Assembly (NCBI RefSeq): GCF_000143415.4
Contig: NW_003314317.1
Location: forward strand, 1,235,823 to 1,299,822
Length of the DNA: 64,000 nucleotides
Reading direction: 5' to 3'
From: Selaginella moellendorffii
Lineage: Eukaryota > Plantae > Lycopodiophyta
Part shown: positions 34,729-46,482 of the stretch, one piece after another
Layout: every line of letters starts with the position of its first letter
How positions within the stretch are numbered: position 1 is the stretch's first letter
Notes under the pieces: generated by a model
The model's input: only the letters and a program-made list of their open reading frames with translations
Database searches by the model: none
Told to the model about the DNA's origin: nothing
Translations under genes and position numbers: made by a program

Positions 34729-35931
34729 ATGGGGAAGAGGCGGCACCGTCTCTCGCTGGGCGGCGTGATCTTCAGCGCCGGCGCCGTGGTTGCGCTCGTC
34801 GTTGTGCTGCTCGAGGTGTCGTCCGCCTCGAAGCCAAAGAAGGCGGCTTCCACTCGCCAGGTGCCGATCAATTCGGGATTTCGGATCGTCCGTGAGTATC
34901 CGCACGATGCGAAGGCATTCACTCAGGTTCGATCGATCCATTTCGCTGCTGAATTTCCAGCTCAAAGAAGAATTTTTCTTTTTTTGCGATAAAAGGGGCT
35001 TTTGTACCATGGAAACAATACACTCTATGAATCCACTGGGCTGCATGGAGAGGTACGCGAAAGTTTGGTAAAGTTCGTTCTGGTTCATTTACGAGGGTTT
35101 GGTGCTAACAGTCGTCAGTACGTGAAGTTGATCTTCAAACGGGAGAGGTTTGTTTTCTTTCTTTTATCTTTTTGCAGAAAATATATGTTCCAATGTCTGT
35201 GCAGGTTAGAAGGATTTATCGTCTGCAAAGCAGGGATTTTGGAGAAGGATTGGCACTTTGGGAAAACAAGTAACCTCTTTTTAAGATTCGGTGATGGTTT
35301 TGTTAATTCTAGCAGATTTTTACAGGTTATTTGGCAAACTAACAAAGGATATCTCTACGATGAGAAAACACTGAGTCTCGTAACTTTATACTGTTTCAGA
35401 GGTATATGATCACGATACTTTGCATTTCTTTCCAGCTAGGAACATTCAAGCATCCCATGACGGATGGCTGGGGATTGACGCACGACAACAAGCATATCAT
35501 AGGAAGCGATGGAAGCTCCACTTTGTACTTTCTAGACCCACACAACTTTGCAGGTTTGATGGTTTTTTCAGTGATAGATTTTGCAAGAAGAGTTGATCGC
35601 GCATTTCAGAGATAAGAAGAATCACAGTTAAGGACAATGGAGAAGCTGTGGAGCTTTTGAACGAGCTGGAGTATGTGAAAGGAGAGATCTGGGCGAATGT
35701 TTGGCAGGTACTTCGAAGCAGCGTATTCTCACTTTTCTATCGTTTTCTTTTCTTTTGACTCCGCAGATGAATTCTATTGCTCGAATCTCTCCCAAGGACG
35801 GTAGAGTCGTAGGATGGATAGTTTTGGATGCACTAAGGCAAGTTGCTACCGTTTGTCGTGTTCCTGCTTAACATTTCTTATCCCGCACGCAGGAAGAGCC
35901 TCATTTCTGCTGGAAACAGGGTATGAAAAGT
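34729..35931 (+). CDS. QCT: Glutaminyl-peptide cyclotransferase (plant/bacterial-type glutaminyl cyclase), 3' end lost in the assembly gap
   Basis: N-terminal signal anchor; motifs REYPHDAKAFTQGL, LYESTGLHG, FGEGL, DGWGLTHD, GSDGSSTLYFLDP, LNELEYVKGEIWANVWQ and IARISPKDG. Confidence 0.92.
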
Positions 35932-36631
35932 NNNNNNNNNNNNNNNNNNNNNNNNNNNNNNNNNNNNNNNNNNNNNNNNNNNNNNNNNNNNNNNNNNNNN
36001 NNNNNNNNNNNNNNNNNNNNNNNNNNNNNNNNNNNNNNNNNNNNNNNNNNNNNNNNNNNNNNNNNNNNNNNNNNNNNNNNNNNNNNNNNNNNNNNNNNNN
36101 NNNNNNNNNNNNNNNNNNNNNNNNNNNNNNNNNNNNNNNNNNNNNNNNNNNNNNNNNNNNNNNNNNNNNNNNNNNNNNNNNNNNNNNNNNNNNNNNNNNN
36201 NNNNNNNNNNNNNNNNNNNNNNNNNNNNNNNNNNNNNNNNNNNNNNNNNNNNNNNNNNNNNNNNNNNNNNNNNNNNNNNNNNNNNNNNNNNNNNNNNNNN
36301 NNNNNNNNNNNNNNNNNNNNNNNNNNNNNNNNNNNNNNNNNNNNNNNNNNNNNNNNNNNNNNNNNNNNNNNNNNNNNNNNNNNNNNNNNNNNNNNNNNNN
36401 NNNNNNNNNNNNNNNNNNNNNNNNNNNNNNNNNNNNNNNNNNNNNNNNNNNNNNNNNNNNNNNNNNNNNNNNNNNNNNNNNNNNNNNNNNNNNNNNNNNN
36501 NNNNNNNNNNNNNNNNNNNNNNNNNNNNNNNNNNNNNNNNNNNNNNNNNNNNNNNNNNNNNNNNNNNNNNNNNNNNNNNNNNNNNNNNNNNNNNNNNNNN
36601 NNNNNNNNNNNNNNNNNNNNNNNNNNNNNNN
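35932..36631. other. Assembly gap (700 N)
   Basis: Run of N. Confidence 1.
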
Positions 36632-36643
36632 CTGGGACGGGAG

Positions 36644-36736
36644 GAATATTCTAGAATATGCTTCTGTGCCGAGGCATATTCGGGGAGGCCTTTTAAAAAG
36701 CAGTTTCTAGAATATACTTTATGGCGGGGCATATTC
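36644..36736. promoter_or_regulatory. Cluster of five P1BS (PHR1-binding, GNATATNC) motifs; the first two also form a heat-shock-element-like GAAnnTTCnnGAA
   Basis: GAATATTC at 36644, GAATATGC at 36654, GCATATTC at 36674, GAATATAC at 36710 and GCATATTC at 36729. Confidence 0.6.
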
Positions 36737-37991
36737 GTATTTTTGACTTTTTCATTTCTTTTGTTAAAGGTTTTTGTTGCTCATAGAGTCCACGCTCCTT
36801 TTTGTGCGATTTTGAATCATTGCATCGATCTTGACGAGAATGCAATGCATTTGGGTGGACGCAAGAGAAAAAGAGGCGAAGAAATTGATAGAGATTTATT
36901 GGTGGTCCAAGTTTTTTTCTGGTTTTTTTTTTTCTAGCCTTTGATAGAGCTCTTGCTACAAGGCATTTCTAGTGGCGCTTCATGGTTCCGGAATCTCCAT
37001 TATTGGGGCAGGGGGGGAGGACTTTCTCAAATCGAGACTCAGCTTGGCTTTTTGACAATGGGGAAGAGCGCAAAATCTCTACACAAAATCAAAAGATTCG
37101 CACCGGATCAAAGCATCCAAGACTCTCTCCCCCTTCTTGGCATATGCGGCGAATCGCGCGGGGGACTTTTCCTCCCTCCCATTGTTCGTTATGATTGTTC
37201 CCCGGGACACAATGGGCGACCGCCACGTGTACGTCCGCCCGCGGGGCGATCGAGCTGTCAGATCCGGTGGACGGCCAGGATTCACTCTCCCGTGGATCCT
37301 CTTCTTTTTCGCGCCAGTATTTGATTGGGAAATGCACGATATGGACATTCGGGGCCACATTTTTTATTTCTTTTTCATGCATCCATCCTAGTGTTTAGAA
37401 ATTAGGCGCTCTTTCGGTGGGCTCTAGGGATATTCCATGTCTCGCGTAGAAATTACTGTTCCAGCGATTGCCCACCCACAACACAACCTGTCAAGCCCTA
37501 AAGGTAAAGACAAGCCTCCCAAACAAATGGGAAAGACCAGCCGGATTCCAAACGGGATATCAAATCCGGCTTTTAATACCGCTGTACTTGGGCACCATGG
37601 GCCAGCCGTACAAGTGGCCCAAAACCGCGTCTGTGTGTGTGTTTTAGCTGCCGTGGGGTTTCCGCCCGTCCGCGTTCTTCCCAGGGAGAGAGTAAGTGAT
37701 GATCAAGCTAGGGATTGCTCGTCCGCGGAGTGGCGCTGGCTGTAAATCCTTGCCAGGCGCCTCTTGTTTTGCCGGCATCGCGAGGTTTGCAGGAAATCTT
37801 GCGCGCTCGGGAAAATCCAGGTGCTAGAACACGCGGATTTCCAGTGCATGCGAGTAATGCAAGTTGTGGCGCCGGAAATTTCATGCTGGGAGGGAGGGAT
37901 CGAGGAGCCAGTCCGGCGCTAGCGAGGAGCTTAGAGAGGGTTTCGTTTTTTCTTCTCGGCCGGCTTTAGATCTTTTGGGGGGGATTTTTGG

Positions 37992-38345
37992 ATGACAGTC
38001 TCCGTGAGGATGATGAAGGTCATGAGATGGCCGCTGCGGTCGCTCATGACGAAAAAGTTCTATGTGACAATGGTGCTGCACGGGATGGACAAGCTGCTGG
38101 CGGCCGACGATTCGAAATTCGTGGTGGATGTCAAGTGGAAGGGGCCGAAACGATCGTTGGGGCCTCGTTTCCGGAGCGTGAAGAGGGAGCGAAGCGCCGA
38201 AGCTGCTGCTACCATGGACGGAGCGCTGGAGTGGGAGCAAGGATTTGACTGCGAGTGTACTCTGGCTCTTGCCAAGGAGAATGGGTTCTACCCATGGGAC
38301 GTTTACCTGGTCGTGCGCAAGGTAAAGAAATCTTTGGTTTTTAAT

Positions 38346-38376
<31 letters not shown>

Positions 38377-40385
38377 GAGACTGACGATTCGAATTTTGTA
38401 GATCACTCTTAATGGGGCCAAGGCCAAGGCGTCAGTCTTTGGCTCGGGATATCTGAATCTTGGGGAGTTTGCTCCTCTAGCTGGGAGTGCACGACATAGA
38501 ACGAAAGTTTCCATTTTGGGGGGCGAAAGTGAGGAAGCGATTGGTGTAAGTTTGTGCTTGTTAGGAAAAGCTTTGTCTCGTGCAGCCTAGCTGACAAGAG
38601 CTGTGCATGTCGCAGGTCACTTTGAGCTTTGAGGAAGTCCCGGAAGCTGTGGAGACCAACTTTAGGATCATGGCACCGGCGATCCCATGCATCTCGCTGT
38701 GGGAGAGGGATGACTTGGGGGATGGCGGAGATAAACCGATGCTGCGTACGAAGAAGTCGCGGGTGGAGGACGCTGCCATCGACATCAGAACAAGTGACGA
38801 GAGCTCGCAGGATTCCCCCGATCGCTTCGAATCCGATTCTGTTGACAACTTTGAGGACAGTGACGCTGTCGATGACGAGGAATTCACTTCTTTCCGCTAT
38901 GGAAGAATCGCGGGGGCCAACCAGCTGATAGGAAAGAGCCACGATCAGAGGGCGTCGAATGACGAGGAAGTTTTGGTGTTCAATGGCGGGACAGCGCTAA
39001 AGCTGGCGGAGGAAACTTCATCGTCGGATTCAGACCAGGCGGCGTCTCAGTCGTCCATGAGAAGGATGTTGTCGTGGAGGAAGAGAAAGCTGAGCTTCCG
39101 ATCCCCGCGGGCCAGGCGAGGCGAGCCACTTCTCAACAAGGCATACGGTGACAATGGAGGTGATGAAATCGACTGGGACCGAAGGCAAGCCGAGTCACCA
39201 GAAGAGTCTCTTGGAAGCATGGTAAGTGTGTTTCCTTTAATATCTCCTTTTTCTTTTCTATCTGTTTCACGTGCTAACATGTGAACCTTCTTCCAGCTCC
39301 GACTAAACAACGAGAAGAAGACGGCCATCGAAGGAACCTGGGATTTTGGCGAGACGTTTCAAGTAGGCAGCTGGGAAGCGAAAGAGCTGACGAGCCGAGA
39401 CGGGCAGATGATGCTCTCGGCCAGCGTCTTCTTTGCGTCCATCGATCAGAGAAGCGAGAGCGCAGCCGGCGAAAGCGCGTGCACCGCTCTGGTTGCCGTT
39501 ATAGCCGACTGGCTCCACAGGTTCCCGGCGTTCATGCCAAGCCGAGCCGAGTTTGATCTGCTGATACGCGAAGGCTCGGCCGAGTGGAGGAAGCTGTGCC
39601 AGGACGCCACCTACAAGGACCGCTTCCCGGATGGGCATTTTGATCTGGAGACCGTGATCGAGGCGGCGGTCCGGCCGCTGACGGTCGTCCCGGAGAAGTC
39701 GTTCGTGGGGTTCTTCCGGCCGGAAGGGCTGGGGGAGTCGAGCGAGTTCCTCGAGGGGGCCATGTCCTTCGACAACATCTGGGACGAGGTGGAGCGGTCC
39801 GGGCCGGCGGTGTACATTGTCAGCTGGAACGACCACTTCTTCGTCGTCAAAGTTGACGAGCAGAGCGTGCACATCATCGACACGCTGGGGGAGCGGCTGT
39901 TCGAGGGGTGCGATCAGGCGTACGTTCTCAAGTTCAACGAGGCAGCGCGGCTGTCCTTTGTGCCACCGGCGGAGGCAGCGGCTCCAAAACAGGAGCAAGG
40001 AAGTAGCAGCGGCAGTGGCAGCGACAGAGAGAGCGACGATGGAAAGAAAGAAGAGGCAGCAGCAGCAGCAGCAGCAGCAAAGAAGGATGATTCTCAAAAG
40101 GAGTCCGAGGAAGCAAAGCAGGAAGAACAGGCTAGCGAGGAAGCGGAGAATAGCGAGAGGAAGATGAGGGAGTTCTCCGGAAGGAACGCGTGCAAGGAGT
40201 TTGTCAAAGGCTTTCTGGCGGCGATTCCACTGGGGCAATTGCAGAGCGACGTGAAAAAGGGGCTGGTTGGAAAGGACCATCTCCACCGGCGGCTGCAAAT
40301 CGAGTTCCATTACACTGAATGCAAGGTACGTGAGAAAAATGCTAGTGCTGCTATTTCTATTGTCAACAGGGAAACGCAGGCATGA
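37992..40385 (+). CDS. NT-type C2 (EEIG1/EHBP1 N-terminal) domain protein, At3g11760-like family
   Basis: MMKVMRWPLRSLMTKKFYV start; VDVKWKGPK; LSWRKRKLSFRSP; GEPLLNKAYGDNGGDEIDWDRRQ; FFASIDQRSESAAGESACTALVAVIADW; VYIVSWNDHFF; IIDTLGERLFEGCDQAY; LHRRLQIEFHYT. The last exon is uncertain. Confidence 0.88.
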
Positions 40386-40592
40386 GAAAAGATAGCGAAG
40401 AAAAGAAAAAGGAAAGAAAGGCACAAAGGTGCTTACCCGGTACTGTAAAGAGATTGTCTTGTAATCTACATACACAGTTGTTGATAACAGCTTCTCTCTT
40501 GTCGCGAGCGTAGCGAATTCTCGTTAGCTTCTCTCCCGTCTCGTCTCGCCTCGAATGGATCTTTTCATGGCCTTTCCTTCTCGTTTCGCTCG

Positions 40593-42934
40593 TCACGGCC
40601 TCCAGAGCTTCATCGTTGAATCCAAACTGTACGTGACGAGGAGGTTTCGATGCGGGTGGTGGCTGATCCCGATAATGTCCTTGTCGTGTGCCTGTTCATT
40701 AGGACTGTCAGGAACCAGACGAGCTCTCCAGGTGGAAGAGTGTTTTTGCAAGTCTCACCTTTAAGAGATGCTCCAGCTTCCCTGCTTGATTGCTAAAGCA
40801 GTAGACATTCCTGCACAGGGAAAAAGGAGAAAAAAGGAGCATTAATACCACAGCTGTGAGGAGTGTGACTTGTGTAGTTTACATGTCTTCTCCAACGCAA
40901 TAAATCCAGTCTCCTTTTGGCGAGACGCAGGCCGCGACGAAATCGCCACCCTCTCTTTTGCCAGACGAGAAGCTCTTGACAACCTGCCAATGCAAAGCCG
41001 GAAGGGAAAAATCAGGCACAAAGAAAAGGAGAAATGCACCTGGCCTTGCAAAGTCATCACGTATATAGACGACGATCTGCTGCAAACGACGATGTGTTCT
41101 GGGCTTTTTGGAAGTAGATGCACGGAGTTGATAGCAGCGTCCCCTCCCTACAACACCACCAAAATGTCAAAAGTGTTTGAGCAGAGAAAAAAAAAACTTT
41201 CTCTTCCTTACCCTCAAAGGTGGGGGAGGTTTCAACGTTTGTAAGCAGTCAGTGGTTCTCATGTCCCACACCTGCATTATAATCAAACCAGATATCAAAA
41301 ATAAACGAGAGAGGGATATCTCATAATGTAGAAAGCACCACCCACCTTGACAGTGCCGTCGCTCGAGGCTGTAATAATTCGATTCACTTCCGTTGCAAAG
41401 ATGGCGTCGTTGACATAGGAAGTGTGACCGCGAAACTCTTTTAATTGCTTCCCAGACTTGAGTCCATGAATCCTGCAAATAATTGCCGCATGTGAGAGCG
41501 CACAAAAAAAATTAAAAATAAACAGTCTAAAACTCTGTAAGTTGACCTCGCAGTTTCATCGAACGAGGCACTAAGAATCTGGCTGTTGTCCCTTGAGAAC
41601 GAAACCGTTGTCACGCCCATCCCATGCGCTTTGTCAAAACGTTTCAGGCATTGGCCTGTTCGTATCCTCCAAACCTGCAATAAAACTGTAGTGATAACAC
41701 AAGTCAAGCTTGGACATTCTATACTCACCTTGATTTTTCCATCTTGAGCACCAGAGGCAAGCATTTCAGAGTCGCGGCTCACGGCAACCGTCAAAACTGC
41801 ATCTTCATGCATCATAAACGAGTCCTCCGCTTGATACTGCAGGTCCTTTTTCAACTTTCCAGTGATATAATCCCAGACCTGGAAAAAAAAAAAACGCTGA
41901 AGTAAGAGCCTGGCAATCACGATAAAAAAAATCGAACCTCTATGAAGCCATCAACGGAGGATGAAACCAAAAATTGTCCATCAGGAGAGAAACAAGCACA
42001 CTCGCAATTTTGCTTCCCAAACTGTCATAAAAAAATTCAGATTATAAAAAACAGAAAAGAAAAAGAAAATAAAAGCTTTTCTAGTTTGAGAACCTTGATG
42101 GAGTGTTGCAACGTCGTTGGATAAGTTTCTTCTATATCAGCCTTCGCAGCGGCAGTACCCTTGAACAAGTCGAACTGCGTCCCAGGAGGAAGCATGCCTG
42201 AAAGTTTAGAATGTCAGAACGCATGAAAAAACTTAAACAAAAGACCTTGATGCTGTTGCCACTTGAGAGCCTGGCCAATGAGCGACATTAATCTCGACGG
42301 TGGCACCACCTCGACTTCGGCAGCTATAGCTTGAGCAATTTGACTCCTTCGTTTCTCCTTGGAAGAATCCTGATATACCTGGTCCACGAAAAAATGTAGT
42401 GGAAAAGAACCATGAGACAAGGAAAACAACTACCTCTCGAGCATCGAAGTATGTCCTCACAAGGAGATGCTCTAAACGAAGGTACCGCTCAGGCTGTTCT
42501 TGCTTCATGTAATCCATTGCCTGGGTCTGCCTCAAAATCGCCCTCGCGGTATCGAGCTCTCTCACTTCAATCATCTCTAGAACCACCTAGAGAGAAAAAG
42601 AGAAGAAGAAACATAAAAATTCTCCAGAGAACAAGCAAAAATACCTGCTCGTATAAATCCTCCAGTTTTTTCTTTGGAAGCTTAAGCTGCGCGACTTGAG
42701 GCAAGACAGCGTCCCAGCGGCCATCGTTCATGTCGGACACAAACGCATCGTAGTTCTCCACACTGTTGAGCGAGACCTGGCACTCGTTCTGGATCGTCTG
42801 GAAGGTCTGGTGGAGGGAATTCTCCTTGCAAAACTGGAGCATCACCTTGATCACGCTGGAGAATGCGGCAGCGCTCAGAGAATCGGCATTTACAAGGGAA
42901 GCGCTTACTCTCGTGCTTCGATCTCCAGCGCCAT
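40593..42934 (-). CDS. SMU1: SMU1, LisH/CTLH plus WD40 spliceosomal protein
   Basis: MALEIEARD|[14 protein letters not shown]; [20 protein letters not shown]; [21 protein letters not shown]; [16 protein letters not shown]; ends [22 protein letters not shown] (TGA 40595-40593). Confidence 0.96.
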
Positions 42935-43103
42935 AGCTAGTCGCTCCCGCCTAAACCCTAGGTAGCCGAGTTTTAGGGTTCTTCAAAAAATTTGAAATTG
43001 AGCTCCATCTTTTAGGGTTCTTCCGAGAGAGGCGGAGAAGGCGCTGCTACTCCATGAATCTCTTGCGTCGAGGAGCGAATCTCCAGGTTCTTCTCCTTCT
43101 TCT
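42935..43103. promoter_or_regulatory. Putative bidirectional promoter between SMU1 and the PPR gene, with telo-boxes
   Basis: Divergent starts 170 bp apart; AAACCCTA at ~42953 and TAGGGTT at ~42974 and ~43013. Confidence 0.5.
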
Positions 43104-45761
43104 ATGCATGGCGCTCCTCTCGGGAGAAATGGCGCATCATCCACAAAGCTAAAGACCAAAATTTTGGTCTTTCTCGAAGAACTCAAGGAATGTGGCCGAT
43201 GTGGGGATCTAGACAGGGGCAGGAGGATCCATGCCGAGATCGTCCACAGTGGAGACGACTCCAATCTCTACGTAGCAAACGCGCTCATCCACATGTACTC
43301 CAAGTGTGGGAGCTTGCCGGAAGCGCGACGAGCATTCGACAGGATGGATCATCGCAGTGCCGTGTCTTGGAACTCCTTGATCCTGGGCTATGCCAAGAAT
43401 GGTGGAAGTGGAATGAATGGGGGAAGTGGTGGAACGAGATCAAGGAACTTGGAAGAAGCGAAGAGTGGTGGAAGTGGTGGAGCGAGATCAAAGAACTTGG
43501 ATGAAGCGAAGAATGGTGGAAGTGGTGGAACGAGATCAAAAAGGTTGGATGAAGTGAAGAATGGTGGAAAGAGATCGAAAAACTTGGATGAAGCACGGAT
43601 GATCTTCGAGAGAATGCCATGGCACAGTGTGTTCTCCTGGACGGATCTCATCCACGGCTATGCCGAGAATGGACGCGAAGAGAACGCGCTCGGTTTGTTC
43701 TCCTCCATGACTAGCCGAGGCTGCGAGCCGGATGCTCGGACGTTCCAGGCAGCTTTCAAGGCCTTGGCTGGGCTCGCAGCGAAGGCCAAAGAATCTCACA
43801 GGTTTCTCGAGAGAGCCATCGCCCTCCACACTCAAGCTGCGAGTTCTTCGTCTTGCGAGTGGGACGTTCTTCTCGCAAACTCGGTGATGGATCTGTATGG
43901 GAAGTGTGGCGGCCAGGATCACTGCCGGATGGTTTTCGAGAGGATGCCACAGCACGACGTCGTGTCCTGGAACGCGGTGATGCTCGGCTACTGCGACAAC
44001 GGCGAGGAAGAGGTGGCGCTGGAGTTCTTCGAGACGATGAGAACTCGGGGCTACGTAGCGGACGCCAGAACTTACGTTGCTGCGATCAAGGCTTGCGTCG
44101 CCAGCCTGGGAAAGCTCGATCGAGAGAAAGCTTTCGAGAGAGGGATGGAGATCCATTGTCGAGCTGGAGCTACCGGCTGCGACTCCAACGTTTACGTAGC
44201 GGCCTCACTGGTGAATCTCTACGCCAAGTGTGGCAAGATGGTGGACGCTCGGCGAGTGTTTGACAAGATCTTCCAGCCGGACGTGGTCTCGTGGAGCGCG
44301 CTCATACTCGGGTATGCCGAAAACGGGCAACCCGAGCTGGCGCTGGAACTCTTCGCGCGGATGCAACAGCGGCAGGGAGCTGGATCTTCCGATGCTCTCG
44401 CGTTTGTTGCCGCGCTTAAGGCCTGTGCTCGTCTCGCAAGCTCGGAAGAAGCTCACGGTGATCTCAAGCTCAAATCTATGGCGCTCGAGCAGGGAATGGC
44501 CGTCCACGCTCAAGCCGCGAGGAATGGCTGCGAGCTCGACGTGTTCGTGGCGTCTACGCTGGTGGACATGTACGCCAAGTGTGGCAGCTTGCTCGACGCG
44601 AGGAGAGTTTTCGATCGAGTAGCCGTCCACAACGCGGTGTTCTGGAACTCGTTGATGCTGGGCTACTGCGAGAACGAGCAAGCCGGCTTGGTGCTGGTGC
44701 TCTTCCACTTCATGCAGCTCGAGGGCTGTGGTCTAGACGCTGGATCCTTCGTTCCTCCGCTCAAGGCCTTGGCGAGTCTAGCATCGATCGAGAGGAACCT
44801 GGAGATCAAGCCCAACTTGCTCGTCTTGCGGAGGAGCACGGCCTCGCTCCACTCGCAAGCGTCCGAGCGTGGCTTCGACTTGAATCCCCGGGTGGCGAGC
44901 AGCCTCGTCGACTGCTACTCCAAATCCGGGAGCTTGATCGAGGGAAGGAGAGTCTTCGATCGGATCGAGCAGCGCGATCCAGTGCTGTGGACTTCGCTCA
45001 TCGTCGCCTGTGCCGACGCCGGTGAGTCGCAGCTCGCGCTATCTTTGTTCTCTCGGATGAAAGTTGACTTGTCCTTTGCTCTCGCAGTGGACGCTGCTGC
45101 TCTGTCCGCGGCGATCAAAGCTTGCGCGAGTGGCCCGGCGGCGCTGCTCGAGACGGGGAAGAGCGTCCATGGCGATGCATGTCGACACGGCCTGGAAGTC
45201 GACCCGGGGGTGGTGGTCTCTCTCGTCGACTTCTACGGGAAGTGTGGCAGCATGGTCGATGCTCGCTGCGCTTTTGATGCAAGCTCGCAGCTGGGAATGG
45301 TGGCCTGGAACGCGCTGTTGGCTGGGTATGGTCGCCGAGGTGATAGCAAACTGGTGCTCGAGATGTTCCACAGGGCCGCGGGCGAAGGCTTGCGGCCGAA
45401 TGCGAGTAGCCTTGTCTCGGTTCTCGCGGCTCTCAGCGGTGGTGGTCTTGTTGATCAAGGCCGGAGGATCTTCCAGGTGATGGAGTGCCGGTATGGTGTT
45501 CGTCCCGGGATGGAGCACTACGCGTGCTTGGTGGATATCTTGAGCCGGGCGGACAAGATGGATGAAGCTGTGGAGCTTGCGAGGAGGATGTCGAGTGGTG
45601 ATCCCGGAGACTTCTCCGTTGGCGTGGCATGGACCAGCATTCTGGCGGCTTGTAGAAAGTGGAAGAACTTTGAGGTGGCAAAGGTTGCTTTCGAGGAGCT
45701 GAGAGATGAAGCTCGTCATCCTGCTGTATACAATCTTATGGCAAATGCTTGCTCCACCTGA
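43104..45761 (+). CDS. PLS-class pentatricopeptide repeat protein (885 aa, intronless) with an E-like tail and no DYW domain
   Basis: Repeated ANALIHMYSKCGS / VSWNSLILGYAKNG P-L-S motifs; C-terminal HYACLVDILSRA and VAWTSILAACR. Confidence 0.92.
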   Translation: MHGAPLGRNGASSTKLKTKILVFLEELKECGRCGDLDRGRRIHAEIVHSGDDSNLYVANALIHMYSKCGSLPEARRAFDRMDHRSAVSWNSLILGYAKNGGSGMNGGSGGTRSRNLEEAKSGGSGGARSKNLDEAKNGGSGGTRSKRLDEVKNGGKRSKNLDEARMIFERMPWHSVFSWTDLIHGYAENGREENALGLFSSMTSRGCEPDARTFQAAFKALAGLAAKAKESHRFLERAIALHTQAASSSSCEWDVLLANSVMDLYGKCGGQDHCRMVFERMPQHDVVSWNAVMLGYCDNGEEEVALEFFETMRTRGYVADARTYVAAIKACVASLGKLDREKAFERGMEIHCRAGATGCDSNVYVAASLVNLYAKCGKMVDARRVFDKIFQPDVVSWSALILGYAENGQPELALELFARMQQRQGAGSSDALAFVAALKACARLASSEEAHGDLKLKSMALEQGMAVHAQAARNGCELDVFVASTLVDMYAKCGSLLDARRVFDRVAVHNAVFWNSLMLGYCENEQAGLVLVLFHFMQLEGCGLDAGSFVPPLKALASLASIERNLEIKPNLLVLRRSTASLHSQASERGFDLNPRVASSLVDCYSKSGSLIEGRRVFDRIEQRDPVLWTSLIVACADAGESQLALSLFSRMKVDLSFALAVDAAALSAAIKACASGPAALLETGKSVHGDACRHGLEVDPGVVVSLVDFYGKCGSMVDARCAFDASSQLGMVAWNALLAGYGRRGDSKLVLEMFHRAAGEGLRPNASSLVSVLAALSGGGLVDQGRRIFQVMECRYGVRPGMEHYACLVDILSRADKMDEAVELARRMSSGDPGDFSVGVAWTSILAACRKWKNFEVAKVAFEELRDEARHPAVYNLMANACST
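43393..43597. repeat. In-frame ~48-bp tandem repeat in the PPR ORF (GGSGGxRSKNLDEAKN, 4-5 copies)
   Basis: Repeated aatggtggaagtggtggaacgagatcaaagaacttggatgaagcgaag. Confidence 0.9.
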
Positions 45762-45799
45762 AAAAGTGAAATTCTTCCCGAGCAAATAGCTTGTTTATC

Positions 45800-46337
45800 T
45801 ATTGAGAAGAATGGAACGAACGAGCTTACAGTACGTCAATGCGATCGAACTCCTTGATCTTTTTTACGCTGCCAGGCTCTTGGAGGCGATCTCAAACACA
45901 TTCTCCGACAGGACATCGGGTTTAGCAATGCGTTCCAGTCGGGCCTAGAAGCACAACACACGTGATTGAGCAAAGATCTGGGAAACAAACACTGCTTCTC
46001 CAACCTTAGCCAGCGATTGTCTGCCTCGAGAAAGGATACCATTCGCAATGCCACCTGTGAGAGCAAGGTTAAGGCACACAAACAAGTGTGCTTGCGAGTT
46101 ACCTGAAGATTCATTTTGGTCTCCTCGACCAAAAATTCGTAACCAAATCAATCTTTTAGCATGAAAGTTAACAGTGGTCCAGCAGAAAGGACTGATCAAA
46201 GGCACCAAGAAAAGCCGTAGCTCCTGAGAAACCTTTGCTAAAAAGACAGAACCTTGTTCGGGTTCTTCATATCGAATGACGGATGATCTAGCAATCGTTT
46301 TATGTTCCGAACATTTCCAGGGATATCAGACATTGAT
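45800..46337 (-). pseudogene. Degenerate duplicate of the 3' exons of the M1 aminopeptidase gene
   Basis: Collinear with 53780-54365 (e.g. gatcttttttacgctgccaggctcttggaggcgatctcaaacacattctc; gggttcttcatatcgaa.gacggatgatctagcaatcg), with deletions. Confidence 0.85.
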
Positions 46338-46407
46338 TATGGATCTCCTGCGCGTTGTTTTGTGATCGAATATTTAGTGAAATAGAGAAAAAAAGACGAT
46401 AACACCA

Positions 46408-46482
46408 CAGTACCGTTGAACAAGTCCAACTACGTCCCAGGAGGAAGCATGCCTGAAAGTTATGTAAGAATGCATGAAAAAA
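46408..46482 (-). pseudogene. Short displaced fragment of SMU1 (exon/intron junction)
   Basis: cagtaccgttgaacaagtccaactacgtcccaggaggaagcatgcctgaaagtt matches ~42153-42206. Confidence 0.8.

Noticed and set aside
35814-36732. Three long ORFs in the ORF track
   Set aside because: Artefacts of the 700-N gap.
37120-37142. ctctcccccttcttggca as a miR399 target-mimic site near the P1BS cluster
   Set aside because: Only the terminal TTGGCA matches; the GGGCAA half of the site is absent.
39303-40475. 390-aa antisense ORF with a poly-Cys tract
   Set aside because: Shadow frame of the GC-rich NT-C2 exon; the poly-Cys is the reverse complement of a (GCA)n poly-Ala tract.
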